Position numbers and translations under genes: made by a program
Source: a phage
DNA: 64,000 nucleotides
Strand: one strand, 5' to 3'
Assembly: GCA_024614665.1 (NCBI GenBank)
Contig: GCA_024614665.1_4861.1
Shown here: positions 29,266-37,397 of the stretch, piece after piece
Position numbering within the stretch: position 1 is the stretch's first letter
Layout: each line of letters opens with the position of its first letter
Notes under the pieces: generated by a model
What the model was told of the DNA's origin: nothing
Seen by the model: the letters and a program-made list of their open reading frames with translations, nothing else
Databases searched by the model: none

Positions 29266-29766
29266 TTACAGCCCCATATGCATAAGGGAAATGATAGGGA
29301 CTTTTCGGCCACGTATCATTGCATACGGTTCGTACATTTGTGCGTTAGTTTCGAATAACTCACAGGCCGGAATACGATCGCCGGTAGAGAGTTGTAAGAC
29401 TTCGATTTGGTCGCCCCAGAAGTTATTCACTAATACGTGGTCGACAGTGTTGTCTTCACGACCTTCAGGGGTTTTGCAATAAGTGGCGGCATCGTACCAA
29501 CCTTTGCGGTATACTTCATAACCCGCGTGAAGCATCCGGTAGTACGGACGCAGTTGTGGGGCATTCAACGCAGCATCTAGCCACTCGCTGTGAATGCTGT
29601 TAATCAACACGGTCGCTTCTTCTGGCCACTCGCTGCGGTTTAGGGTTAACTCGCCTAACAGCTTTAACTTCCAGCCAGTGGAAAGAATAGCGCGGGTACG
29701 TTCTGGATTGACGTTCATCTGAGTAAAGAAAGTAGAACGAGTATCGTCAAGAATGTTCATGTTCAT
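29266..29766 (-). CDS. hypothetical protein (about 166 aa)
   Basis: Start at ATG (MNMNILDD) with AAGGA RBS, preceded by AATCGACTAT motif and hairpin. Confidence 0.45.
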   Translation of the reverse strand: MNMNILDDTRSTFFTQMNVNPERTRAILSTGWKLKLLGELTLNRSEWPEEATVLINSIHSEWLDAALNAPQLRPYYRMLHAGYEVYRKGWYDAATYCKTPEGREDNTVDHVLVNNFWGDQIEVLQLSTGDRIPACELFETNAQMYEPYAMIRGRKVPIISLMHMGL

Positions 29767-29785
29767 TTGCTTAGTCCTTACGAGT

Positions 29786-29796
29786 AATAGTCGATT
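29786..29796 (-). promoter_or_regulatory. conserved upstream motif AATCGACTAT (candidate promoter element)
   Basis: TTAATCGACTATTACTCGTAAGG upstream of ATG at 29766, nearly identical to the 11131 copy. Confidence 0.3.
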
Positions 29797-29895
29797 AAAA
29801 AGGACCCTGCGGCTATGTGTTGGGGATATCACCGCAGGGCCAAAGTGAGATGGGTCGTCATCTCACGTTATAACATCTGTCTGAAAACTTTTCGG

Positions 29896-30279
29896 TTACT
29901 GGTCGAGCGCTACTGAACCACGCACCACTCCTTGCTGTTCAATAACCAGGAGGCGTTGTTTGGTTTTCGTATTGTAAGCGAGCGACGCGCGAAGCGTCGG
30001 GTCGCACGTTATTGTCTCTACTGGCACAATCTCTTGTGCCTTTGAGTTCAACAAAAAGTAGTAACCTGCCGGACAAGTTTCCTCGCCCTTTGCGTGGACC
30101 AGGATGTACTCGTCGTGCCGGCTGACTTCTTCACATCTACCATCATCCCCAGTACAGACTTCGAACGAAGGCGGGTTGTACTGATACGGTGTGCCTGGTA
30201 GTAAATCTTCTACGCTAGTTGTAGCTGAAGCAGAAGCGGTAAAGAACACCGCCACGATAATACCCATAAATCCACGCAT
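29896..30279 (-). CDS. secreted small protein with conserved Cys (127 aa)
   Basis: Signal peptide MRGFMGIIVAVFFTASASA; 4 Cys in mature part. Confidence 0.45.
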   Translation of the reverse strand: MRGFMGIIVAVFFTASASATTSVEDLLPGTPYQYNPPSFEVCTGDDGRCEEVSRHDEYILVHAKGEETCPAGYYFLLNSKAQEIVPVETITCDPTLRASLAYNTKTKQRLLVIEQQGVVRGSVALDQ

Positions 30280-30292
30280 GTTGTTTCCTTAC

Positions 30293-30703
30293 TTAAAAGT
30301 CGAGTTTATTGATGCCTACGTTTTTCTTAATCGTAGGGTCATACATGATAACCGTCAGGGCATTATCACCTGGGTCGCGAGTAAACTCAGCAACGGCTTC
30401 ACCACTGCAGGCCTGGTTATCATTATAGTTCATGGTTTCGGCTTGCCCGGTTGCCATGTTAATAACCCCGTATTCCGGGTCGCCACATGCGACGCCGCCC
30501 ATCGTTTTCACTAACAGGTAACGGTTGTTATCGGACATCGCAACGATCTGGCAGCTACCGCCTTGTACGTCAGAGTTCTGGCACCAGAACTGGCCGCCGT
30601 ATTCGTGATCGTTAACAACTTTTGGTAACTCGATACTTCCAGCACGAGCGAAGAAGCTAATGGCCAGAGTAGCAAGTAAAACTGGTAATAAAAAATGTTT
30701 CAT
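30293..30703 (-). CDS. secreted small protein with conserved Cys (136 aa)
   Basis: Signal peptide MKHFLLPVLLATLAISFFARA; about 5 Cys in mature part. Confidence 0.45.
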   Translation of the reverse strand: MKHFLLPVLLATLAISFFARAGSIELPKVVNDHEYGGQFWCQNSDVQGGSCQIVAMSDNNRYLLVKTMGGVACGDPEYGVINMATGQAETMNYNDNQACSGEAVAEFTRDPGDNALTVIMYDPTIKKNVGINKLDF

Positions 30704-30725
30704 AATAGCACCTCAATTTTTTGAG

Positions 30726-31217
30726 TTATTCTGAATAGTCGATTGTTTTGATAGTTTCCATACCGTAGTACATAGCGATGGAGGCCAGAGTTTTGGTATC
30801 CGGTCGCTGTACAAAACCGGCCCTGAAATCTTTGCTGCAAATTTTCTCCACTGATAGTTCATCACGATTAGGGATAAGCCATAACGCGTCACCGTTGTGA
30901 CGGTCGACTGCACCCCACCAACCACCTGGGCAATCTTTATCGCCCGGACGGTGTACGATAGCGACACGTCCGTTGAAGGATATGTCAACTACACGACACT
31001 GTTTCTTAAGCAGCTTACGCGCATTGCACCAGAACGGCTTATCATTAAGATTGATGGTGCGGGTATATGCTGGAATGCTGCCGTTAATACTGCCCTGGAA
31101 CCCGCTGAATTCGTCAGCGCGTGCCTTAGAAATCCGTAGCCCAACAACAAGTGCCATCAACAGCACAGTAAAAAGCACCACTTTGGCCAAGTGGCGATTA
31201 ACGTTATTGCATTTCAT
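30726..31217 (-). CDS. secreted or membrane-anchored small protein (about 163 aa)
   Basis: Start at ATG with GGAG RBS; hydrophobic N-terminus HLAKVVLFTVLLMALVVGL; 4 Cys. Confidence 0.4.
   Translation of the reverse strand: MKCNNVNRHLAKVVLFTVLLMALVVGLRISKARADEFSGFQGSINGSIPAYTRTINLNDKPFWCNARKLLKKQCRVVDISFNGRVAIVHRPGDKDCPGGWWGAVDRHNGDALWLIPNRDELSVEKICSKDFRAGFVQRPDTKTLASIAMYYGMETIKTIDYSE
30734..30744 (-). promoter_or_regulatory. conserved upstream motif AATCGACTAT (candidate promoter element)
   Basis: CAATCGACTATTCAG about 30 nt upstream of ATG at 30703, inside 3' end of upstream gene. Confidence 0.25.
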
Positions 31218-31605
31218 TTTTAATATCTCCACGATTAAGGGTGATGCGACCGACGAGCACATCGTTGTGATAAAAACTCACAGCAACCAGATCTGGCAAT
31301 TCCAACGGCGATACACTGACCGAGGTGACTTTTGGTTGATTGCACGATATGTCGATTAATCGCTGATACATTTTCAATTTCTTATCAGCGATAACCAGCC
31401 CTGTGCAGTTCTTACCGTCCGTCAGTCTGTAGATTTGTAACTGTTCGACCTCACGCATCAGTTCCGGTTTTTCATTCGGTGCAATGGCATAATCCGAATC
31501 AGCTGATGTGTATTCAGTCACGTCTGGCTTATCGAAAGCATAAGTTGCTGCAATACCACATGCGGCCAGAACTACTACTGCTTGTAAGAACTTCTTGATA
31601 GTCAT
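31204..31605 (-). CDS. putative lipoprotein (133 aa)
   Basis: MTIKKFLQAVVVLAACG = signal peptide + lipobox LAAC; AATCGACTAT motif 12 nt upstream. Confidence 0.45.
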   Translation of the reverse strand: MTIKKFLQAVVVLAACGIAATYAFDKPDVTEYTSADSDYAIAPNEKPELMREVEQLQIYRLTDGKNCTGLVIADKKLKMYQRLIDISCNQPKVTSVSVSPLELPDLVAVSFYHNDVLVGRITLNRGDIKNEMQ

Positions 31606-31614
31606 GTTTTGCTC

Positions 31615-31625
31615 TATAGTCGATT
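31615..31625 (-). promoter_or_regulatory. conserved upstream motif AATCGACTAT (candidate promoter element)
   Basis: CCAATCGACTATAGAG 12 nt upstream of ATG at 31605, just after terminator hairpin. Confidence 0.25.
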
Positions 31626-31630
31626 GGTTT

Positions 31631-31659
31631 AAAAAAGAATAGGCTACCCGAGGGTAGCC
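31631..31659 (-). terminator. intrinsic terminator
   Basis: ggctaccc-gag-ggtagcc followed on minus strand by T-run, then AATCGACTAT motif and gene start. Confidence 0.55.
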
Positions 31660-31710
31660 AGTTGAGTTAATCTCTTAACTCTCACCTAGGTAATATATAT
31701 CTGAGATATT

Positions 31711-32298
31711 TTACAATGTGAAGGTTGTGTTAAGAATACGAAAACCCAATGCTCGCTTAGCGATTTGCATATTTGCAGGCGTGAAGTCCACCAGTTTGAT
31801 TTGAACGATCGATAAATCGTAAAGCTTGTGAAGCACTTCGATTTTGTGCCGCCAATCTGTTTTTTGGTGCAGCTCTATCGTCGTTGGTATCTCGCCTAGT
31901 CTCGGCAACTGTGCCCCAAGTAAACGATGATGGACTTTACCGTTTATAGTTGGGGTACCTTCCGTAACCATCAGTCGTGCATCGATGTAGTTATTTCGCT
32001 TAGCGTACTCCATAAAAGTTTTGACATTTATCTTTTCCTCGTATAGAATGCTGCGAAAGTATTCGTAAATGATGTGTCCTGCCTCCCTACCGCTTTCCGA
32101 GTCTGGAATAACCTTATCGATGAAAATCGCAGAGACCACTTCGCTCCGACGCGAATGCATTGTAATGACCCTATCCCCGTGCTGTGCGGCAGTTAATAAT
32201 CCACTCACATCAAGCCCCACCGGAAACAAGCCACGACTACGCATTACGTGCAGGTCTTCTAACTTGTTCTCTTGCAGTCGTAAAATACGTTCTGTCAT
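31711..32298 (-). CDS. hypothetical protein (about 195 aa)
   Basis: Start at ATG (MTERIL) with GAGGTG RBS; the track ORF begins at an upstream GTG. Confidence 0.45.
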   Translation of the reverse strand: MTERILRLQENKLEDLHVMRSRGLFPVGLDVSGLLTAAQHGDRVITMHSRRSEVVSAIFIDKVIPDSESGREAGHIIYEYFRSILYEEKINVKTFMEYAKRNNYIDARLMVTEGTPTINGKVHHRLLGAQLPRLGEIPTTIELHQKTDWRHKIEVLHKLYDLSIVQIKLVDFTPANMQIAKRALGFRILNTTFTL

Positions 32299-32331
32299 AT
32301 ACCACACCTCAAATTAATTTGAGTTAAGTGT

Positions 32332-32372
32332 AAAAAATAAGAGGACTCCAGTAACCCTCGTGGTTACTGGAG
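32332..32372 (-). terminator. intrinsic terminator
   Basis: ctccagtaacc-ctcg-tggttactggag followed on minus strand by T-run. Confidence 0.55.
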
Positions 32373-32377
32373 ATAAA

Positions 32378-32905
32378 CTACACACTCAACGTTTCAATGA
32401 ATTTGATGCGCGCTGGGTGAAATGTGTGATAAACAGTTACCGGCGTGTGCGCGCCTTCTGCTGCGTGTATTGCACCATCGTATCCGTTCAGCAATAGATG
32501 GTCGTATATCGTACTGCAGTTATACGCCACCGATGCCCACAGAGGTAACTTGTCAAACTCTTTAGGGTGTTGGTGGTAAACCTCCATCAAACCCTTTTCA
32601 GGATGACGCTCTCGGATACGCTCCCACTCATTTGTTTCAATGAGCAAGTTCCCTTTCTTCTGTGCAACAGTCTGGTATTGGTGCGGGGAGAGAATCTCGC
32701 GGAAATTACCGATATCGACGAACGGGTCAGTAGGATCGTTGATAAACGGATTGGTGATTTCCAAAGAAACGTGGTTGATTAGCCAGCTGGGATTCGCTTT
32801 AACAATTTCAGCAGGGACATCGATGTCTTTATAGACAACTTGAGAACGTGAAAGGTTAGCCTCAACAAACGGCTTATCAGTAACAATATAACCTTCGAGT
32901 TTCAT
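32378..32905 (-). CDS. hypothetical protein (175 aa)
   Basis: Intact ORF; terminator downstream. Confidence 0.45.
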   Translation of the reverse strand: MKLEGYIVTDKPFVEANLSRSQVVYKDIDVPAEIVKANPSWLINHVSLEITNPFINDPTDPFVDIGNFREILSPHQYQTVAQKKGNLLIETNEWERIRERHPEKGLMEVYHQHPKEFDKLPLWASVAYNCSTIYDHLLLNGYDGAIHAAEGAHTPVTVYHTFHPARIKFIETLSV

Positions 32906-33468
32906 TATAAGGCTCCTTTAAAGTGGTATGTCATGCTTTCCACGAGGTGAGAAGTCTGGCTTTCAAAGAAGTGTAAAACGGGTTCGAGCGGTACACCACC
33001 GAGATTATAAATAGTGACGTCCTGCTTTAATCCCGCATTAATTTCACTAAGAAAAGACTCGATTGCCTGTTCGCTGTTCGTTGTGGAGAGGGTGATCGTT
33101 GTTTCACCCTCTTCGCTAAAGCCTGACGCATCTTGTAAACGTAAAACAGTTGGCACAGTTTTACTAATACGGATGTCTGGCGGAAGGATGACCTCCAATT
33201 GTGGCGTACGTACTTTACGCGCAAGGTAATTAACAAACAGATTGACATCAAGCTCACTGACTCCGCAGCAAATGCAGTTTAGAACCGTTGCCAAATTCGT
33301 TGTCTTCCGTTCAAAAATTCCCTTGATCTGTTTAGCTTTATCGCTGTAAAGGAACACCAGTAGTTGGTCGGGATTATCTGGTAAATCCTTTTCCACTCCC
33401 TCCCATTCCGGATCGTCGCGGACATGTTCTTGCCAGATATCGTTACGTATTTCTAACAAGCGGAACAT
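32905..33468 (-). CDS. hypothetical protein (187 aa)
   Basis: Intact ORF; 1-nt overlap with downstream gene. Confidence 0.45.
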   Translation of the reverse strand: MFRLLEIRNDIWQEHVRDDPEWEGVEKDLPDNPDQLLVFLYSDKAKQIKGIFERKTTNLATVLNCICCGVSELDVNLFVNYLARKVRTPQLEVILPPDIRISKTVPTVLRLQDASGFSEEGETTITLSTTNSEQAIESFLSEINAGLKQDVTIYNLGGVPLEPVLHFFESQTSHLVESMTYHFKGAL

Positions 33469-33477
33469 ATACCCTCC

Positions 33478-34059
33478 TTACGCAACGTAAACCGCGCGAT
33501 GGTTGCGGAAGCCGTGTTCTTCGGTAAGGTAGCGGGCGTAGGTGTGTTCAATAGACGGAGTATAACAAAGCAGATGCAGTTCCTGCCCTTCAGCTAGGCC
33601 AGGCAACATCACACTCAACCAGTCCATTCCACCGTTCTGTTGAAGCATGTCTTGAGTTAGCGTTAGCGGTTGAACAATATGTTCCGGACTGCTATCGTCT
33701 TCACTTTTTGTAAAACGAAGAATTCCCGGACGAGAACCCTCCACCAGTACCGTGCGCGGTAAGTCAAACGCGACCACTTTCGCTTTCTGTTCGTAGGACG
33801 ACTTATAACGACGTAGTAGTCCAATATCGGTATCCAGTACGGTAGCCATCACGTTATACAACATCACAAGACGGCCGTCGTTGTCGTTAGTGACATGTTT
33901 TACGAACACCAACATCGGAATACCTTCGCGTTGGAATACCACGAAGTCTGCTTCTTTGTATTTCTCGCAACCTTCTACTACCTGTGGGGCTTTCACGCGA
34001 TAGCGGCGGGTCAGTTCTTCGTAGTTCATTTCATGTTGTTCAATAATTGGTTGTGGCAT
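33478..34059 (-). CDS. hypothetical protein (193 aa)
   Basis: Intact ORF. Confidence 0.45.
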   Translation of the reverse strand: MPQPIIEQHEMNYEELTRRYRVKAPQVVEGCEKYKEADFVVFQREGIPMLVFVKHVTNDNDGRLVMLYNVMATVLDTDIGLLRRYKSSYEQKAKVVAFDLPRTVLVEGSRPGILRFTKSEDDSSPEHIVQPLTLTQDMLQQNGGMDWLSVMLPGLAEGQELHLLCYTPSIEHTYARYLTEEHGFRNHRAVYVA

Positions 34060-34080
34060 GGTTATATACTCTTTACGGTT

Positions 34081-34110
34081 AAAAAATAAGAAGGGGGTAC
34101 AAGACCCCCG
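34081..34110 (-). terminator. intrinsic terminator
   Basis: gggggt-acaaga-ccccc followed on minus strand by T-run. Confidence 0.45.
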
Positions 34111-34119
34111 ATGACGAGA

Positions 34120-35358
34120 TTACAGTAAACGCAAATCTGCGACAAACAACAGTTGACGGCCGTACTTAGTCACTTCTTTCCAGCCATTGTTAACACCCCA
34201 TTTGATGATAGCGTCGTAATGCCACTGTTTCAGTTCGCTGGTACCCCACGCATCCCGTACCGCCTTCGCCGACATCAAATAAGCAGGTTCGGCAACGGAG
34301 CGCATTTCAGAATCTGGCAGGCGAGAAACAACGGAACTGTTCACGCGCCGCAGCGTTCCTGACACTTGTATCCAGAACGCAGGCGATATTGTATTTGTCG
34401 GTCGACAGTCAAATACCCACGCCGTGTCATTTTCACTGGCCGGGGTCTTGCGTTTATAGATGCTTAACAGTATTTCTGACTGGATAACTTCGCGGAAAAC
34501 AGCAAGAAGAGCGACGACTTTCTCATTAACCACCTCACCCTTTTCGACCTTATAGTAATCTTTAAGGTTTCCTGGCTCTGTTATCGGCATTACTGACCAA
34601 ACATCGGCGTCTAACATCTCACCGAAATAATGGTTAGCGTTTTCATCAGATGTCCAGAACATCGTATTACCGTCATTGGCAGTGGTGACTAGATCACGCA
34701 GTGCTTCCTTGGTGTCTTCGTCAATTTCCACAGGTTTGGCTGCTTCACGCGGTGCGTTTTTCGTGTAGAATCTGCGCTTGCTTACCGCTCTATTCCATAC
34801 GGTAGTAATTTGGTACGCAGTGAATTCGGGGAACTGCTGCACCAACACTTCCGCATCAACATCGAGTCGCTCTGAATTAAAGTTTTGTAATTTCTCATTA
34901 AACCCTGTATTCAGCTCTCCGCCAGTCCACCAGTTGCTGTCGCTTAGTGCAGGCATGTCAGGTGTTAACTCGAACACCGGTTTACCGGTCAGCAGAGTAA
35001 GAATGTAGTGCACCCACATTGTGTTACCCTCAGCAATGGCGCGTCCGATGTTTTGATTACCCGATAGGTAAGTTACTCGCGAATCCCCTTCGAACGTCAT
35101 GGTTAACTCAACCCACGGCGCTAAGTCGGAGACGTGGTGGCCTAAACGGCACTTTACTTCCCCTTTGTCAAGCAGACGCTTTTCAACAACGGTTGAGAGC
35201 TTTTGTGGCAGGCACGCACAATCCTGCCACGTTACGTCGCTGTAAGCCATACTCCGAATATTGAACTGCATTCCCAACAGTACAATTGAGTTAGTAATTA
35301 CTGCATTAAAGAATGCTTCTTTCGGTGTCTGGTAAACTAATTCGTATTCGTTATACAT
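34120..35358 (-). CDS. hypothetical protein (412 aa)
   Basis: Long ORF; terminator hairpin downstream. Confidence 0.5.
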   Translation of the reverse strand: MYNEYELVYQTPKEAFFNAVITNSIVLLGMQFNIRSMAYSDVTWQDCACLPQKLSTVVEKRLLDKGEVKCRLGHHVSDLAPWVELTMTFEGDSRVTYLSGNQNIGRAIAEGNTMWVHYILTLLTGKPVFELTPDMPALSDSNWWTGGELNTGFNEKLQNFNSERLDVDAEVLVQQFPEFTAYQITTVWNRAVSKRRFYTKNAPREAAKPVEIDEDTKEALRDLVTTANDGNTMFWTSDENANHYFGEMLDADVWSVMPITEPGNLKDYYKVEKGEVVNEKVVALLAVFREVIQSEILLSIYKRKTPASENDTAWVFDCRPTNTISPAFWIQVSGTLRRVNSSVVSRLPDSEMRSVAEPAYLMSAKAVRDAWGTSELKQWHYDAIIKWGVNNGWKEVTKYGRQLLFVADLRLL

Positions 35359-35478
35359 TTGGTATTTCCTTTAAAGTACACTAAAGTGACCAAAAACTGT
35401 TACTAAAGAACAGTTGGTGTTTAAGCGACTGTGGGTTTATACACAATGCTCACTAAGATGACATCTATCTGTAAAAAC

Positions 35479-35796
35479 TTAGTATACGACCAGGACGACG
35501 CAGTCATCGATAGCCAGATTCAGTAATGAGTAGTCGTTACTTAACCGCTGGTAACGCATCCCTTTTTCAAACTGACTTAATTGTTCAGTCGGCATGGCGT
35601 ATACCGCGCTTTGCACTACTCCCGTAAACAGTTCGTCGTAGAACTGGTCTACTTCCCCGACTTTGTAAAAGCGCATTCTTTGATTGTTAGCAAAGACGCT
35701 GTCTAGCTTCCCGTTACTGGCTTTCTGTAACGCAGTAAAGGCACTGTCTGCATCATTACGCTCTAATGCACTTTTAATGGTTTGAAATAAAGACAT
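35479..35796 (-). CDS. hypothetical protein (105 aa)
   Basis: Intact ORF facing divergent intergenic region. Confidence 0.4.
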   Translation of the reverse strand: MSLFQTIKSALERNDADSAFTALQKASNGKLDSVFANNQRMRFYKVGEVDQFYDELFTGVVQSAVYAMPTEQLSQFEKGMRYQRLSNDYSLLNLAIDDCVVLVVY

Positions 35797-35976
35797 GGTA
35801 CTGCACTCCTCGTTAGGTTAAAAGTCAAGGTCAACTACAAAAAGGATGTCGGTATCCTACGGATACCTCCGTTTATGTTCGCATCCAATACATAAACCCC
35901 CTTACCCCCGTACTCTCCTCGATTGTCAAACGATGAGATCGAAACGTAAAAAAGTGTAGTATGAGAGGAGGGTGGT

Positions 35977-36909
35977 ATGAACAAATCTAAGTCAGGGTTG
36001 CACATCTTCTCGATAGGTATCGTCGCGGAAGATAAACCTCGTGGTGCCACTCGAGTTAAAGTCATCCCTATCGAAGTTAACTTTATTAATCCAACAGCTG
36101 TCGATGCAACAGAGACGCCTGTAGAGAAGCAACACAACAGTTTAAGTGGTACTGACAACCTTACTGTAAAGCAAGGTAATGCCATCACTGCAAAATGGAT
36201 GAAGTCCAATAGCAACCGGGTTAACCCTCCGGATGTGAAAAAAGAAGACTATGTAAGAATCTGGCGTATCGGTGAAACCGATATGTACTTCTGGGAAGAT
36301 TTAAACAACAGTAACGTTAAGCGACTGGAAGATGGGGTATATGCCTGGTCTGCTGACCCAGTAAACCAGATGGCCGATGACCTCTCTAACGCCTACGTAC
36401 TGAATATCTCCCCGATGGATGGTCACATTACCTTACGTACCAGTATGACCAACGGTGAGAAAAATGCGTATTTGCTCCAGCTGAATACCCGTGACGGACT
36501 TTGCCAGTTAGTGGATGACGAAGGGCGTAAGTTCTACCTCAATTCTCCGGAGGATGACTTAGGGTTTGAAAACGCCTGCCGGTCGAAGATTAATATCAAT
36601 AAAGAGGACGCTTTCATTTATGCTAAACGTTCTATTAATCTCGAGACAAAGACGATTAACGAGAAGTGCGAAACTCGCAACTCTACAGCGTCGAAAAACA
36701 TGGCATGGACGACTGAAGACTGGAAGACCACATGCCCAACGAATCTATTTACCGGTAACCTGGAAGTAGGTAAGGATTTCCTCTATAACGGCAAGGGTGA
36801 GGGTAAGGGCACATTCACAGTTACCGAATCGGTTATCGGCGGCATCACCTTTACTCTTCACGTACATACTGGCCATGGTCCGGGCAACGACACCAGTACA
36901 CCTCACTAA
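35977..36909 (+). CDS. hypothetical protein, possibly virion-associated (310 aa)
   Basis: GAGGAGGG RBS; first gene of plus-strand module; function unknown. Confidence 0.5.
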   Translation: MNKSKSGLHIFSIGIVAEDKPRGATRVKVIPIEVNFINPTAVDATETPVEKQHNSLSGTDNLTVKQGNAITAKWMKSNSNRVNPPDVKKEDYVRIWRIGETDMYFWEDLNNSNVKRLEDGVYAWSADPVNQMADDLSNAYVLNISPMDGHITLRTSMTNGEKNAYLLQLNTRDGLCQLVDDEGRKFYLNSPEDDLGFENACRSKININKEDAFIYAKRSINLETKTINEKCETRNSTASKNMAWTTEDWKTTCPTNLFTGNLEVGKDFLYNGKGEGKGTFTVTESVIGGITFTLHVHTGHGPGNDTSTPH

Positions 36910-36910
36910 G

Positions 36911-36934
36911 TTATTTACGTGTGTGGGGTATAAT
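36911..36934 (+). promoter_or_regulatory. candidate sigma70-like promoter (perfect TATAAT)
   Basis: TTATTTACGTGTGTGGGGTATAAT; -10 hexamer TATAAT at 36929-36934; about 180 nt upstream of DUF1471-like gene. Confidence 0.3.
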
Positions 36935-37116
36935 GTGACAATAAACCCCTAACTGTAACGATAACCCGAATCGCTTGTACACAGTTAGCCACTTTTTTCG
37001 CACAAAAGCCGGTTTATTGTCAACTAACTTACGAGTCGGGGCAGTTAATATGCCTCGTAGTACAAGTAGTTGAACATAGGGTTCTTCTGCTATCATTTGT
37101 TAATGGAGATAAGTAA

Positions 37117-37326
37117 ATGAGCATTCGTGAAATCACCGCAGGCAGCGACGTTTCTGGTCTGGTAGAAGCAGGCACCGTTCAGGTTTCTGGACTGAGCACC
37201 GTTACCGAAGTTACCGAAGCGCTGGCTAAAAAAGCCGAAGCTGAAGGCGGCGTAGCATTCAAAGTTACCGCTTGTGGCGGCAACAACAAAATGTTCGGCA
37301 ACGCGATCTATTACGTAAACGCGTAA
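37117..37326 (+). CDS. DUF1471 (YdgH/BhsA/McbA-like) domain protein without signal peptide (69 aa)
   Basis: LAKKAEAEGGVAFKVTACGGNNKMFGNAIYY closely resembles the BhsA-type C-terminal region as I recall it (LAQKADEMGAKSFRITSVTGPNTLHGTAVIY); in-frame stop directly upstream of ATG; GGAG RBS. Confidence 0.5.
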   Translation: MSIREITAGSDVSGLVEAGTVQVSGLSTVTEVTEALAKKAEAEGGVAFKVTACGGNNKMFGNAIYYVNA

Positions 37327-37339
37327 TCAGCCTGCAGGC

Positions 37340-37397
37340 AAAAAAAGATATAGGTACCCTACTCCCAACGGGAGTAGGGTTTACCTTTTATTTTTTT
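37340..37397. terminator. bidirectional intrinsic terminator
   Basis: A-run, stem ccctactcc/ggagtaggg, long T-run; between convergent genes. Confidence 0.6.

Noticed and set aside
35835-36215. Minus-strand ORF (126 aa) overlapping the start of the plus-strand gene 35977-36909
   Set aside because: Lies largely antisense to a long gene with good RBS and spans the divergent promoter region; likely spurious.
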